DNA of 64,000 nucleotides from Nitrospirota bacterium (GCA_963721805.1 CAVRJY010000002.1:320001-384000), one strand, 5' to 3'; counted from the first letter of the stretch, positions 34,268 through 45,765 are shown. Numbers and translations: made by a program. Notes: generated from the letters alone by a model not told the origin.

Positions 34268-36769
34268 ATGCCGGATAAGATAGAGATAACGATAGACGGC
34301 AGGAAGCTTAAGGTCAGGCCCCGTTCCACGATCCTCAACGCCGCACTGGAGCACGGCATCTACATACCGCACCTCTGCTACGACCGCAGGCTGAAGCCCT
34401 TTGGCGGCTGCCGGCTCTGCATCGTCGAGGTCAAGGGCATAAGGAAGCCCCGCACCGCCTGCACCGCCCCGGTCGAGCCTGGCATGGTCATATACACCGA
34501 CACGCCCAAGCTCCAGAAGGCCCGGCGCACCGTGGTCGAACTCCTCCTGCTGCACCACCCGCTGGAGTGCCCCTATTGCGACAAGGCCGGCGAGTGCCTG
34601 CTTCAGGACATGGCATACAAGTACGGCCCGGTACAGAGCCGGTTCAAGGCCGAGAAGCGCAGCGGCCCGGCGCTGACCGAGGCCCCGCTTGTCGAGCGCA
34701 ACCCCAAGCGCTGCATACTGTGCGGCAAGTGCGTGCGCGTATGCGGCGAGCACCAGGGCGTTGGCGCGATTGACTTCATCGACCGTGGCTTTATCACAAA
34801 GATCAGCCCCCCGTTTGAAGAGACGCTGGACTGCGAGTTCTGCGGCCAGTGCATAGACGTATGCCCGGTGGGCGCGCTAGGGAGCAAGACCTACCGCTCG
34901 CTCTCTCGCGTCTGGTACCTCGAGGAGAGGCAGAACATCTGCCCGCACTGCGGCGTGGGCTGCACCGTTACGCTCGGGATACAGGACGGCAAGATCATGC
35001 GCTCGGTGGGCAAGGACGGCGTCGGGATGAACCTCGGCGACCTCTGCGGCCGCGGGCGGTTCGGGCTCGATTACGTTGGCTCTGAGAAGCGCCTGACCAA
35101 GCCCCTCATCCGCGACGGCGAGGGCGTCCTGCGCGAGGCCACCTGGGCCGAGGCGATAGGCGTCATCAAAAAGCGCCTCGGAGAGGTCATCGCGGCCCAC
35201 GGGCCGCAGGCGGTTGGCGCGATAGGCTCGCAGCGCTGCACGATAGAGGACAACTTCATGCTCCAGCGCTTCATGCGAAGCGTCGTGGGCAGCGGCAATA
35301 TCGACTCTCTCGCGAGGTTCGGCACGGCGATGGCGCAGGGCGCTGTGAAGCGCTCGATGGGGCTTGAGGTGCCGCTTGCGGACTTCGACGCTCCGATGGA
35401 CGCGGACCTGATACTGACGGTCGAGAGCGACATCACCGCGACGCACCCGGTATTCGGTCTGAAGCTGCTGGCCGCAGCGCGCGACCAGAAGGCCAAGCTC
35501 ATCGTGCTCGACTCGCGCATGAACAAGCTCTCGCGGCACGCCACCAGCTGGCTCAGGCTCCGCCCCGGCACCTCCGTGGCGCTCCTAAACGGGATAATGA
35601 AGTGCATGATAGACGAGGGGCTCGCCGCGCCTTCGGCCTCCGGCATCCCTCAGTTTGAGGCCTTAAAGAAATCCCTCGAGGACTATACGCCCGAGCGCGC
35701 CGAGACAGTTTGCGGCGTCTCGGCCGATGCGATACGCGATGCGGCGCGCGCGATAGGAGCCTCAAAGCGCAAGCTCGTATGCATCACCACCGGTTCGGCC
35801 GAAAACAACAAGGGCGCAAACGCGGTGCTCGCGGCCGGAAACCTCGTGCTGCTAAGCGGCGGCGGGGCCGAGGCCCTGCAGATCCCTGGCAGCTACTGCA
35901 ACACTATCGGGATGCTCGAGGCGGGCGTCAGGCCCGATGCCGGACCCGGCCACACCCCCATCGAGAACCCCGGGCTCGACGCGGCCTCGATGCTCTGCAC
36001 CGAGGCCAGCCCGATGCGCGCGATGTACGTCATGGGCGAAAACCCTGTGATCACGTTTCCCGAGTCGAAGACCGTCGAGCAGACGCTTAAGGCCATGGAG
36101 TTTCTGGTCGTGCAGGACATCATGCTCACCGACACGGCGAAGCTCGCCCACGTCGTCCTGCCGGCCTCGAGCTGGGCCGAGAAGGACGGCACGTTTGTAG
36201 GCATGACCGGCATACCGCAGAAGATAGTACCGTGCGTCCCACCGACCGGGGAGTCGCTCCCGGACTGGCGGATATTCCACGACATCGCCTCGGCGATGGG
36301 ACGGGACATCGACGCCGGGGATTTCAAGGAGCTCACGGCCGAGGTATGCAAGGCAGTGCCGCTTAATTATGACCTCACCTCCTCGAGCCCGGCCTTCGTG
36401 CCCGTGGCCCAGTCCGGCGGCGTCGAGCCCTCGGCCGACTATCCGTTTACGATGGTAACCGGCATCCTGATGCAGCACTCCGGGAGCCTGACGACGCTGT
36501 CTAAGGGGCTCGAAAGCGTAGTGTCCGACGCTTACCTTCAGATCAACGCAGAGGACGCCGCTGCCTCCGGAATAGCTGATGAGAAATTCGTGCGCGTCTC
36601 ATCCCCCAAGGGCGAGATATTCCTCAAGGCCCGCGTCACCGACGAGGTCCCGGCCGGGATGCTCTTCGTGCCGGCCCACTTCCCCCATGCGAGGGTCAAT
36701 ACGCTGCGCACGCTGCCGCCCGCGGACGGCGGCCACAGCCTGGTCGCCGTGAAGGTGGAGCCTGCGTAA
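34268..36769 (+). CDS. NuoG/FdhA-like Fe-S and molybdopterin-family subunit lacking the Cys/Sec metal ligand
   Basis: Five Fe-S motifs; NIDSLARFG at the position of NVDNCARV(U/C)H. Confidence 0.88.
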   Translation: MPDKIEITIDGRKLKVRPRSTILNAALEHGIYIPHLCYDRRLKPFGGCRLCIVEVKGIRKPRTACTAPVEPGMVIYTDTPKLQKARRTVVELLLLHHPLECPYCDKAGECLLQDMAYKYGPVQSRFKAEKRSGPALTEAPLVERNPKRCILCGKCVRVCGEHQGVGAIDFIDRGFITKISPPFEETLDCEFCGQCIDVCPVGALGSKTYRSLSRVWYLEERQNICPHCGVGCTVTLGIQDGKIMRSVGKDGVGMNLGDLCGRGRFGLDYVGSEKRLTKPLIRDGEGVLREATWAEAIGVIKKRLGEVIAAHGPQAVGAIGSQRCTIEDNFMLQRFMRSVVGSGNIDSLARFGTAMAQGAVKRSMGLEVPLADFDAPMDADLILTVESDITATHPVFGLKLLAAARDQKAKLIVLDSRMNKLSRHATSWLRLRPGTSVALLNGIMKCMIDEGLAAPSASGIPQFEALKKSLEDYTPERAETVCGVSADAIRDAARAIGASKRKLVCITTGSAENNKGANAVLAAGNLVLLSGGGAEALQIPGSYCNTIGMLEAGVRPDAGPGHTPIENPGLDAASMLCTEASPMRAMYVMGENPVITFPESKTVEQTLKAMEFLVVQDIMLTDTAKLAHVVLPASSWAEKDGTFVGMTGIPQKIVPCVPPTGESLPDWRIFHDIASAMGRDIDAGDFKELTAEVCKAVPLNYDLTSSSPAFVPVAQSGGVEPSADYPFTMVTGILMQHSGSLTTLSKGLESVVSDAYLQINAEDAAASGIADEKFVRVSSPKGEIFLKARVTDEVPAGMLFVPAHFPHARVNTLRTLPPADGGHSLVAVKVEPA

Positions 36770-36861
36770 GGGTTCCCAGCGGCTTGCTGGCCGTGTCCAG
36801 GGTACGGCGGCCAGTCGCGTCCGGCATGCGGTGTCTCCGGGGAGGTTAGCTCAGCTGTAAT

Positions 36862-39300
36862 ATGAAACCGCGCATCTCGATCCACGCCAAGCTCTTCGCG
36901 GTCACGATCGTGGTGCTTAGCGTCGTGCTCGCGGGCGGATTTTATTTCATCCTCAGGTTCCAGTCCGAGCGCGTCCGCGACACGCTCGCGCGCAACACCG
37001 CATCGCTCTCGGAGGTCCTGGCCAGCACGGCAGGAAACGTGGTCGCTAAGATGGCCGACGCCCGCCGGGTGTTAGACGCGGTGTCCGCGGGCCTTATCAA
37101 TTCCGGCGATCTCCTGGGCGTCGAGGTCCACTCGCCCATAATCGGAATCATCAGCAACGCCACGAGTCCGGGGTTTGGGTTCGCGGCCCCCGAGCTTCTG
37201 GCCGCCGGGATATCCAGCGCTTACAGGGACGGACGCATAGCCTCGATGCGTGACGGCGGCGTCTATTACCGCTTCGTGCCTATCAGCGGTGACGGCGCAC
37301 CGGAGGGGGTCGCGGTATTCGCATCGGCCTCGGTCATCCGCGACGGCGCGCTTACCGCGATGGTGGGCGAAGGGCTTGGCCACATATACTCCGCCGAGGT
37401 CCACGGCGGCCTGCTCTACCTCCAGAGGCTCGCAAGCGAGATCGGGACTCTCGAGGGCGTGCGCGGCGTGCTGATATGCGATTCCGGCGGAAACGTGCTT
37501 GCCGCCTCAAAGGGCATGCGCCGTGATGTCGTGGAGTTCGACCCCATGCCCTACATCAGGGAGGCCTTATCCAATCGCCGCGCGATCGCGGTGGAAGCCC
37601 CTGCGGGGGACTTGATCTTCAGGCCGATCCCGGCCGCGGCCGGCCCCGGCATCGACGGCGTGATCGGGCTTCAGTCTGACCTGAGCGCCGCAAGGCGCGA
37701 CACCGCGTATCTGCGCTATGACATGCTGGCCGCCTGGGCCGTGACCCTCGCGGCGCTCTCAGCGATCATAGGGCTGATGGTGCGCAAGCTCATACTTCAG
37801 CCTGTCAAGGGGCTCGTGAAGCTGACTGAAGCGGTGGCCTCGGGCGACCTCAGAGGCCGGGCGGCGCTCAACACCGGGGACGAGTTCGAGGTTCTCGGGG
37901 ACTCGTTTAACCGCATGCTGGGCGACATCGAACGCTCACATGACGAACTGACCGCGTCGCGCGATTTCCTGGAGCGCATCCTAGCGCATATGAACGAGGC
38001 CGTCCTGGTCTTCACTTCGGGGGGGATCGTCTGGGCCTCGAACGCATCGGCGCAATCCATAAGCGGCTACGGCAAGGAAGAGCTCGATTCTCTGGGGTTC
38101 AGGGAGATTTTCAGCGGATTTCCGGGGGATGGCGGCAAGGACATCGCGGAGCTCTGCGACGGCAGGGAGATGACGCTTAAGCGCAGAGACGGCGTATTAG
38201 TGCCGGTTGCGGTCTCCTGCGCATCGATGGAAGACGATGGGCAGGTCTTCGTCTTGCAGGACATAAGCGGGCGCAAAAAGGCCGAGGAGGCGCTAAGGGC
38301 CTCGGAGGAGAAGTTTTCGAAGGCCTTCCTGGCCTCACCGGACCTGATCCTGATAAGCAGGCTCAGCGACGGGAGGATCATCGACTGCAACGAGTCGGTC
38401 CTGAACTCATTGGGCTACGAAAAAGGCGAGGTCTTGGGCAGGACGACCGAGGAAGCCGGGTTCTGGAAGGGCCAGAGCGCATCGCGCGACGAGTTCGTGG
38501 GCCGCATAGTGCACGAGGGCCGGGCAAGGGAATTCGAGATGCTCTTTGACGTCCGCGGGGAGCCCAGGACGCTGCTGGTCTCATCGGAGCCGATCTCGGT
38601 AGGCGGCGAGGACTGCCTCCTGAGCGTCGCACACGACGTCACAGAGCGCAAACGCGCGGAGGCGCGCCTCAGGGCCGCTATCTCCGAGAAGGAGGTCCTG
38701 CTCCGCGAGGTCCACCACCGCGTCAAGAACAACCTGCAGGTCATCCAGAGCATGCTCTCGATGCAGGCGATGCACATCAAGGACACAGCAACGGAGCGCG
38801 CGTTCCGCGAGAGCCAGGGCAGGGTGCGCTCGATGGCCCTGATACACGAGCGGTTCTACCGCTCCGGGGACCTCTCGCGTATAGACTTCGGCGAGTACAC
38901 AACATCGCTGCTGCGCCAGCTGTTTTCGATCTACGGGGCTGACCCCGGCCGGATCGCGACGCGGGTCGAGGCCGGGGGCGTCAGCCTCCCGATTGACTAC
39001 GCGATACCCTGCGGCATTATCATCAACGAGATAGTCTCGAACTCGCTGAAATACGCCTTCCCGGACGGACGGCCGGGCGAGATCTTCGTAGTGCTGCAGC
39101 GGCCGGCGGAGGGGAGGGTCAGCCTCAGCATCGGAGATGACGGCGCGGGCATCCCCGGAGGCCCTGACCTCTCGGGGATGAAGAGCCTCGGGCTCCACCT
39201 GGTGCGCATACTGGCCGAGGACCAGCTCGAGGGCGCCCTGAGCGTATCGGCGGGCGGGGAAAATGGTGTTGTTTTTAGGGTGGAGTTTGCTGTAACCTGA
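36862..39300 (+). CDS. Membrane HAMP-PAS-PAS HisKA_2-type histidine kinase
   Basis: Two TMs, HAMP (DEFEVLGDSFNRM), EVHHRVKNNLQ, DDGAG. Confidence 0.92.
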   Translation: MKPRISIHAKLFAVTIVVLSVVLAGGFYFILRFQSERVRDTLARNTASLSEVLASTAGNVVAKMADARRVLDAVSAGLINSGDLLGVEVHSPIIGIISNATSPGFGFAAPELLAAGISSAYRDGRIASMRDGGVYYRFVPISGDGAPEGVAVFASASVIRDGALTAMVGEGLGHIYSAEVHGGLLYLQRLASEIGTLEGVRGVLICDSGGNVLAASKGMRRDVVEFDPMPYIREALSNRRAIAVEAPAGDLIFRPIPAAAGPGIDGVIGLQSDLSAARRDTAYLRYDMLAAWAVTLAALSAIIGLMVRKLILQPVKGLVKLTEAVASGDLRGRAALNTGDEFEVLGDSFNRMLGDIERSHDELTASRDFLERILAHMNEAVLVFTSGGIVWASNASAQSISGYGKEELDSLGFREIFSGFPGDGGKDIAELCDGREMTLKRRDGVLVPVAVSCASMEDDGQVFVLQDISGRKKAEEALRASEEKFSKAFLASPDLILISRLSDGRIIDCNESVLNSLGYEKGEVLGRTTEEAGFWKGQSASRDEFVGRIVHEGRAREFEMLFDVRGEPRTLLVSSEPISVGGEDCLLSVAHDVTERKRAEARLRAAISEKEVLLREVHHRVKNNLQVIQSMLSMQAMHIKDTATERAFRESQGRVRSMALIHERFYRSGDLSRIDFGEYTTSLLRQLFSIYGADPGRIATRVEAGGVSLPIDYAIPCGIIINEIVSNSLKYAFPDGRPGEIFVVLQRPAEGRVSLSIGDDGAGIPGGPDLSGMKSLGLHLVRILAEDQLEGALSVSAGGENGVVFRVEFAVT

Positions 39301-39341
39301 TAGCTGGGAGAACGGGGTGCGATGGGCATAGGGGAACGAGC

Positions 39342-41036
39342 TTGACCAAGAAAAGGATCCTCATAGTCGAGGACGAGAAGATCATATCCGAGGACATCCG
39401 CTCCTCGCTCGTCTCGCTAGGCTACGAGGTCGCTGACATAGCATCCTCAGGCGAGGAGGCGATCAAGAAGGCCGTCGACCTGAGGCCGAACCTCGTCCTT
39501 ATGGACATCATCCTCAAGGGCCAGGTCGACGGGATCAAGGCCGCGGCCCATATACGGAGCAACTACGGCATACCCGTCGTATACCTCACGTCGCACTCCG
39601 ACGAGCCCACGCTGCGCCGCGCAAGGGAGTCCGGGCCTTTCGGGTACATACTCAAGCCCTTCGACGTCCGGGACCTCCGCACCACGATCGAGATGGCGTT
39701 TCACAGCGCGCAGGTCGAAAAGGCGCTTAAAGACAGCGAGCGCTGGCTCTCGGTCACGCTCAGGAGCATCGGAGACGCGGTAGTCGTGATCGACGCCGCC
39801 GGAAGTGTCGAGTTCGTTAACCCGGCTGCCGAGGCGCTCACCGGCTGGGCGCTGCAGGACATCGTCGGCCGGCCGCTGGAGGAGGCGATCAAGCTCCTGG
39901 ACGCGACCTCCGGCGCGGTGCTGCACGACATCAGCTCGCTGGTCATCGCGGGCGGCGGCAACCCGGTCAGGTCCGCCGAGGGCGCGGTGCTCGTGGCGCG
40001 CGACGGCAGGAGGATACACGTCGACGTCAACGCCTCCCCGATCCGCGACAGGGACAACGCCATATCTGGCGTGGTCACGATTTTCCACGACATAACGGAG
40101 CGGATCGAGGCCGAGGGCGCGGTGAGGAAGTCCGAGCGGTTCCTGAGCACGGTCTTTGAGAGCATCCACGACCCGTTTTGCATCCTCGACCGCGACTACC
40201 GCATCGTGCGCGTAAACTCCGCCTACGCGAGGTTCCGCGGCCAGCCGGCCGAGGCCCTGCTGGGCAGGGTCTGCTACGAGACCTACAGCTCCGAAGGCAC
40301 GCCGAACCCGTGCGTGGAGTGCCCGGTGACCAAGACCCTCTCGACCGGAGAGCCGTGCGTCATAGAGCGTTACCACCCCGGCAAGGACGGGGCCGAGGTC
40401 TGGCTCGAGACCTACACCTATCCGGTGCTCGGCGAGAAGGGCGAGGTCTCGCGCGTCGTCGAATACACGCGCGACATCACCGAGCGCAAGCGCGGCGAGA
40501 TCGAGCGCTCCAGGCTGATCAAGGAGCTTGAATACCTCTCGCGCACCGACCGCCTGACGAAGCTGTTTAACCGCGGGGCGCTGATCGAGCGGCTCGAGTC
40601 CGAGGTCGAGAGGGTCAACCGCTACGGCTCGAGCCTGTCTCTGCTTCTGTGCGACATAGACAACTTCAAGCCGATCAACGACACCTACGGCCACGCCGAG
40701 GGCGACAGGGCGCTGGAGCTGATATCGAGCATCCTGAGCGCCGAGGTCCGCGCCACGGACATAGTCGGCCGCCACGGGGGCGACGAGTTCATGATCATCC
40801 TGCCGGAGACGAACATCCCGAGCGGCCGCGAGATAGCCGATCGCATAAGGAAGGCGGTCGAGGGCGCGAATTTCGCGGTCACGACCGGCGAGAAGCTCCG
40901 CCTGAGCCTCAGCATGGGGCTCACGGCTTATATCCCGGGGGATGTGGACTTCAACCCGATGATGAAGCGCGCCGACGACGCCCTTTACCTCTCTAAGCGC
41001 GGCGGCAGAAACCGCATCTCAGTGCTTACCGCATAG
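39342..41036 (+). CDS. REC-PAS-PAS-GGDEF diguanylate cyclase
   Basis: IVEDE/LMDI/KPF; D.LT.LFNR, DIDNFK.IND.YGH, RHGGDEF. Confidence 0.93.
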   Translation: MTKKRILIVEDEKIISEDIRSSLVSLGYEVADIASSGEEAIKKAVDLRPNLVLMDIILKGQVDGIKAAAHIRSNYGIPVVYLTSHSDEPTLRRARESGPFGYILKPFDVRDLRTTIEMAFHSAQVEKALKDSERWLSVTLRSIGDAVVVIDAAGSVEFVNPAAEALTGWALQDIVGRPLEEAIKLLDATSGAVLHDISSLVIAGGGNPVRSAEGAVLVARDGRRIHVDVNASPIRDRDNAISGVVTIFHDITERIEAEGAVRKSERFLSTVFESIHDPFCILDRDYRIVRVNSAYARFRGQPAEALLGRVCYETYSSEGTPNPCVECPVTKTLSTGEPCVIERYHPGKDGAEVWLETYTYPVLGEKGEVSRVVEYTRDITERKRGEIERSRLIKELEYLSRTDRLTKLFNRGALIERLESEVERVNRYGSSLSLLLCDIDNFKPINDTYGHAEGDRALELISSILSAEVRATDIVGRHGGDEFMIILPETNIPSGREIADRIRKAVEGANFAVTTGEKLRLSLSMGLTAYIPGDVDFNPMMKRADDALYLSKRGGRNRISVLTA

Positions 41037-41052
41037 CGCCGCGTAATCACCC

Positions 41053-42718
41053 ATGCAAAAGATCCGCGTACTGCCAGATATCGTCCGAAGCCAGATTGCG
41101 GCCGGAGAGGTCGTCGAGCGCCCGGCATCGGTCCTAAGAGAGCTGATCGAAAACTCGATAGACGCCGGGGCCGGCGTCGGTCGAGGTCGCGGTCGAGCGC
41201 GCCGGGGTCAAGCTGATGCACGTCTCTGACGACGGAGCGGGCATGGGCCGCGAGGACGCGCTTTTGTGCATCGAGCGCCATGCGACCAGCAAGCTCCGGG
41301 CCGAGGAGGACCTGCATGAGATACGCAGCATGGGCTTTCGGGGCGAGGCGCTGCCCTCGATAGCCTCGGTCTCGCGGCTGACGCTCACGACCGCCTTGAA
41401 AGGCTCGCCGTCCGGGACGCGGGTCACGGTCGAGGGAGGCGAGATCAAGGATGTCCGGGACGCCGCGTCCTCCGGCACTACCGTGGAGGTCAGGGACCTG
41501 TTTTTCAATACCCCCGCCCGCAGGAAGTTCCTCAAGAGCCCCGCGACAGAGCTTACGCATATCATCGATACCGCGACGAGGCTCGCGCTGTCGCACCCGG
41601 CGGTCGGCCTCAGTCTCACGGTGGACGGGCAGCTCACGGTCGAGCTTCCGCGCGCGGCATCGCTGGCCGAGCGGTTAAGCCAGGTCTACGGGGGCGAGTT
41701 TATGGACGGTCTCGTGGAACTCGGCTGCGGGGATGAATCCCTCGGCTGCGTGGCGTTCGTCTCCAGGCCCGACAGCCTCCGGGACCGGCGCACGCACCAG
41801 TTCGTGTTCGTCAACCAGCGCCCTGTGCGCGACCCCTCGATAGCCCATGCGGTATACAGCGGGTTTGAGGGCATGCTCCCGCGCGACAAGCACCCGGTCT
41901 TCTTCCTGTTTCTTTCGCTGCACCCGCGGGGAGTGGACTTCAACGTCCACCCGGCCAAGCGCGAGGTGCGGTTCGCGGACAAGGACGCGGTCTACCGAAT
42001 GGTCGCCAGATGCGTGCGGGGCTCGTTCATACCTACAGAGGCCGCGCAGGACCCGCATGCTGTACGCGAGCCGTTAGCGGGTTTTCAGGCTGCGGCTGGG
42101 ATGTTCGCATCAGGGCCGGTCACGGCATCGATCCCGTTTGAGGCGCTAACGAGTGAGCCGGGCCGCGAGTTCATGTACCTCGGCGAGATGTTCGTCGCAT
42201 ACGTCACGGAAGGCGGGGGGCTTACGATAATGGACCACCACGCCGCGCACGAGCGCGTGCTCTACGAGCGGCTGCTCGAGGGCGTGAGCCTCGAGAACCG
42301 GAGGCTCCTGTTCCCGCGTCAGCTGAGGCTCAGCGCGCAGGAATACATGGTCGTGCTTAATCACCGCGAGGTGCTGGCTGAAATGGGCCTTGAGGTAGAG
42401 GACTTCGGCAGGGACACGGTGCTAGTGCGCGGTCTGCCGGGATTCATGGAGCATGCCGACATCAGGGGGATACTCTCGGAGGCCGCCTCGGCGATGGCAG
42501 AGGGCGAGCGCCCGGGCCGGAGCGTGCGCGAGGCCGTGGCGATGCGCATGGCCTGCCACGGCTCGGTGCGGGGCTCGGCGGTGCTCGGCCGCGAGGCCCT
42601 AAACGCCCTGCTTCGGGACTTGCGCGCCTGCCGCCAGCCGGAGTACTGCCCGCACGGCAGGCCTACGACGATCAGCTATACCATAGACGAACTCAAGAAG
42701 CTCTTTAAGAGGAAGTGA
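41053..42718 (+). CDS. mutL: DNA mismatch repair protein MutL, frameshift near 41173
   Basis: ATG41053 gives [25 protein letters not shown]; the next frame gives [25 protein letters not shown]; span 3n+1. Confidence 0.93.
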
Positions 42719-42770
42719 TCCGGCTTTAAGACTTGACCACCCGCGCGGCAAAGTTCTATCCTTAACGACT

Positions 42771-44154
42771 ATGAAAAAGCCCTGGTCCGGACGATTTAAG
42801 GAATCCACCGCGCCCGCGGTCGAGGAGTTCACGGAATCCGTCTCATTCGATAGCCGGCTCTGGCCCTTTGACATACAGGGCAGCATCGCGCACGCGGGCA
42901 TGCTCGCAAGGCAGGGCATAATCTCGAAGCCCGAGGCCGCGAAGATCGTGCGCGGGCTTTCGGACATCGCCCACGACATAGACGCCGGCAAGTTCAAGTT
43001 CGACCCGGGCCTCGAGGACGTGCACATGAACATCGAGGCCGAACTCACTAGGCGCATCGGCGCGGCCGGGGGCAAGCTCCATACCGCGCGCAGCCGCAAC
43101 GATCAGGTCTGCCTCGACATGCGCCTGTATCTGCGCCACGAATGCCGCGAGATCACCTCGGCGCTAACCTCGCTGATGACGGTGCTCGTGCGCTGCTGCG
43201 GAGGCCGGGATAGATACGGTCATGCCCGGCTATACGCATACGCAGCGCGCGCAGCCGGTGCTGCTCGCCCACCACCTGCTGGCGTACGTCGAGATGTTCC
43301 TTAGAGACCGCGACAGGATTGAGGACGGCCTTAAGCGCATAAACGTCATGCCCTTGGGCGCCTGCGCGCTTGCCGGGACGAGCCTGCCTATCGACCGCAG
43401 ATATGTAGCGAAGGCGCTCGGGTTCGGCTCGGTCAGCCAAAACAGCATGGATGCGGTCTCGGACCGCGACTTCATGGTAGAGTTCCTCTCGGTCGCGAGC
43501 ATCATAATGATGCACCTCTCGCGCCTGAGCGAGGAGATGGTGCTCTGGAACTCCGAGGAGTTCGGGTTCGTAACGCTTCCCGACGCCTTTGCGACCGGAT
43601 CGAGCATCATGCCCCAAAAGAAAAACCCGGACGTCCCGGAGCTCGTGCGCGGCAAGACAGGCCGGGTATACGGCGACCTCGTGGCGCTCCTTACGATCAT
43701 GAAGGCCCTGCCGCTGGCTTATAACCGCGACATGCAGGAGGACAAGCCCCCCGTATTCGACGCCGTCGATACCGTGAAGGCATCGCTGCGCGTGATGGCC
43801 GAGATGCTCGCACGCGTGAGGTTCAACCGCGCTCGCATGGCCGATACCGCGTCCAAGGGATACTCGACCGCGACCGACGTGGCGGAGTACCTCGTGCGCA
43901 AGGGCATGCCATTCAGGGACGCCCACGAGGTCACGGGGAAGATCGTGGCGCATGCCATCGCCTCTGGCAAGGAGCTTGCCGGGCTTACGCTTAAGGATTA
44001 CCAGGGGTTTTCGCGCCTGTTTAAAAAAGACGTGCTTCAGGCCGTGAGCGTCGCGGCCTCGGTCGATTCGAGGGCATCGGAGGGCGGCACCTCGCCCCGA
44101 GCGGTCACGAAGCGCCTGGCCGAGATCAAGACCGTGCTGGGCATCAGGAAATGA
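42771..44154 (+). CDS. argH: Argininosuccinate lyase, frameshift near 43190
   Basis: [18 protein letters not shown] in one frame; [22 protein letters not shown] in the next. Confidence 0.95.
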
Positions 44155-45107
44155 ACCGACGCCTGCTATGGGCGCTGCTGCTGTGCGCGGCGCTCGCGTT
44201 TACGTCATGCGGGAAAAAATCAGCGCCCCGCTTAGTGGTGCCGATCAAGCCCGGCCCGCCCGCGAACCTCACCGCGATCCGCCGTACGGGCGAGGTGATG
44301 CTGTTTTGGGACAAGAGGGGCAGCGCCGCGAGCTTTGAGATATACCGCATGGCGGCCGACGGAAGCGTGAAGACCGGCCTGACCAACGCGACGCGCTACA
44401 CGGATTCGACCCCGGAGGACGCCGGCGGATTCGTATACACCGTGCTGGCGATATCCGGCGAGGGCGTGAACTCGGAGCTCTCCGCCCCGCTTGAGGTAGG
44501 CCCGCTGCCGCCTATGTACGCGCCCGATCCGTTTAACGCCGAGATCACGAACGAGGGCGTGAGGCTGCAATGGGGCTATGGCGGCCCGGCCTCGTTCAAC
44601 CTCTACCGCGAGCTGATCAACTCTCCGTTCGATACCGACCCCTATGCCGAGGGGATCGCAAACACCGTCTATGACGACCGGCCGAACCCGGCCGAGACCG
44701 TGAAATACGAGGTCCGCGCGGCATCATACGGCGCGGCCAACACGGTGCGCTACGAGGGCCCGTCCTCGTCCGATATATTCATCGCGCCCTCGGCCTACCG
44801 TCCGTCCGTGGCAAAAGATTTAAAGGCGCTCCGCAAGGACGGCGAGGTAGTGCTGCTATGGGACGAGAACCCCGAGCAGTGGATAACGGGCTACGAGATC
44901 CTGCGCGAGGGGAAGGGCTGGGCCGAGGACTTCGAGGTGATCGGCAGCTCATGGCCGCCCGCATTCACCGACCATACGCCGCCGCCGGGTGAGACCGCCT
45001 ACAGGGTCCGCGCTATCGGCCCGGGCGGGGCTGGTCCTCTCTCGGACATAGCCCGCGCGGAGGCAGCTCCGCCGCCGGACGCCACGCCTCCTGCGCCTGC
45101 TAAATAG
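44151..45107 (+). CDS. Fibronectin type III-repeat lipoprotein
   Basis: FTSC-GKK lipobox; three L.W...Y.IYR...Y.V.A units. Confidence 0.8.
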   Translation: MNRRLLWALLLCAALAFTSCGKKSAPRLVVPIKPGPPANLTAIRRTGEVMLFWDKRGSAASFEIYRMAADGSVKTGLTNATRYTDSTPEDAGGFVYTVLAISGEGVNSELSAPLEVGPLPPMYAPDPFNAEITNEGVRLQWGYGGPASFNLYRELINSPFDTDPYAEGIANTVYDDRPNPAETVKYEVRAASYGAANTVRYEGPSSSDIFIAPSAYRPSVAKDLKALRKDGEVVLLWDENPEQWITGYEILREGKGWAEDFEVIGSSWPPAFTDHTPPPGETAYRVRAIGPGGAGPLSDIARAEAAPPPDATPPAPAK

Positions 45108-45765
45108 CCTTGCCGAGGGACTTCTCCCTCGCGGCCAATAGCCAGTCCACCCATGCCCCGATGCCGTCTCCGGTCTTGGCCGAGACCTCGAATATCGCAA
45201 GGGCGGGATTCAGCGAGAGCGAGTCTTTCCTTATCACCGCCGGATCGGCGTCAACGTAAGGCCTGAGGTCCATCTTGTTGATCACTAGAGCCGAGGACTC
45301 CTGAAACATCAGCGGGTACTTAAGCGGCTTGTCGTGCCCTTCGGTCAGGCTCAGGAGCATCGCCTTGACGTGCTCGCCCACATTGAATTCGGCCGGGCAG
45401 ACGAGGTTGCCGACGTTCTCGATTATCAGCAGGTCGATCTCGTCAAGCGGGATGTCGCGCGCCGCGTCGCTGATCATATTGGCGTCGAGGTGACATGCCC
45501 CGCCGGTGTTGATCTGCACGACCGGCACCCCGAGGGCCTCGATCACCTCGGCGTCGTGAGTGCCCTGGATGTCGCCCTCGATCACGCCGACGCGGAGCCT
45601 GCCCTTGAGCGCGGCTATCGTGCGGCCGAGAAGCGTGGTCTTGCCCGCTCCGGGCGCGGACATCAGGTTGATTACGAACACACCCGCGTCCTCGAACGCC
45701 TTCTTGTTGTCTGCCGCGAGGCGGTCATTGGCCTGCAATATCTTCGATGCCACGCTGATCTTCAC
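45100..45765 (-). CDS. hypB: Hydrogenase nickel incorporation GTPase HypB
   Basis: PGAGKTT, IEGD, CHLDA, ENVGNLVCP, DKPLKYP, NKMD. Confidence 0.97.
   Translation of the reverse strand: MKISVASKILQANDRLAADNKKAFEDAGVFVINLMSAPGAGKTTLLGRTIAALKGRLRVGVIEGDIQGTHDAEVIEALGVPVVQINTGGACHLDANMISDAARDIPLDEIDLLIIENVGNLVCPAEFNVGEHVKAMLLSLTEGHDKPLKYPLMFQESSALVINKMDLRPYVDADPAVIRKDSLSLNPALAIFEVSAKTGDGIGAWVDWLLAAREKSLGKAI

Noticed and set aside
34268..36769. Second active formate dehydrogenase or proton-pumping complex I locus
   Set aside because: No Cys/Sec-His ligand motif and no neighbouring nuoA-D or nuoH-N genes
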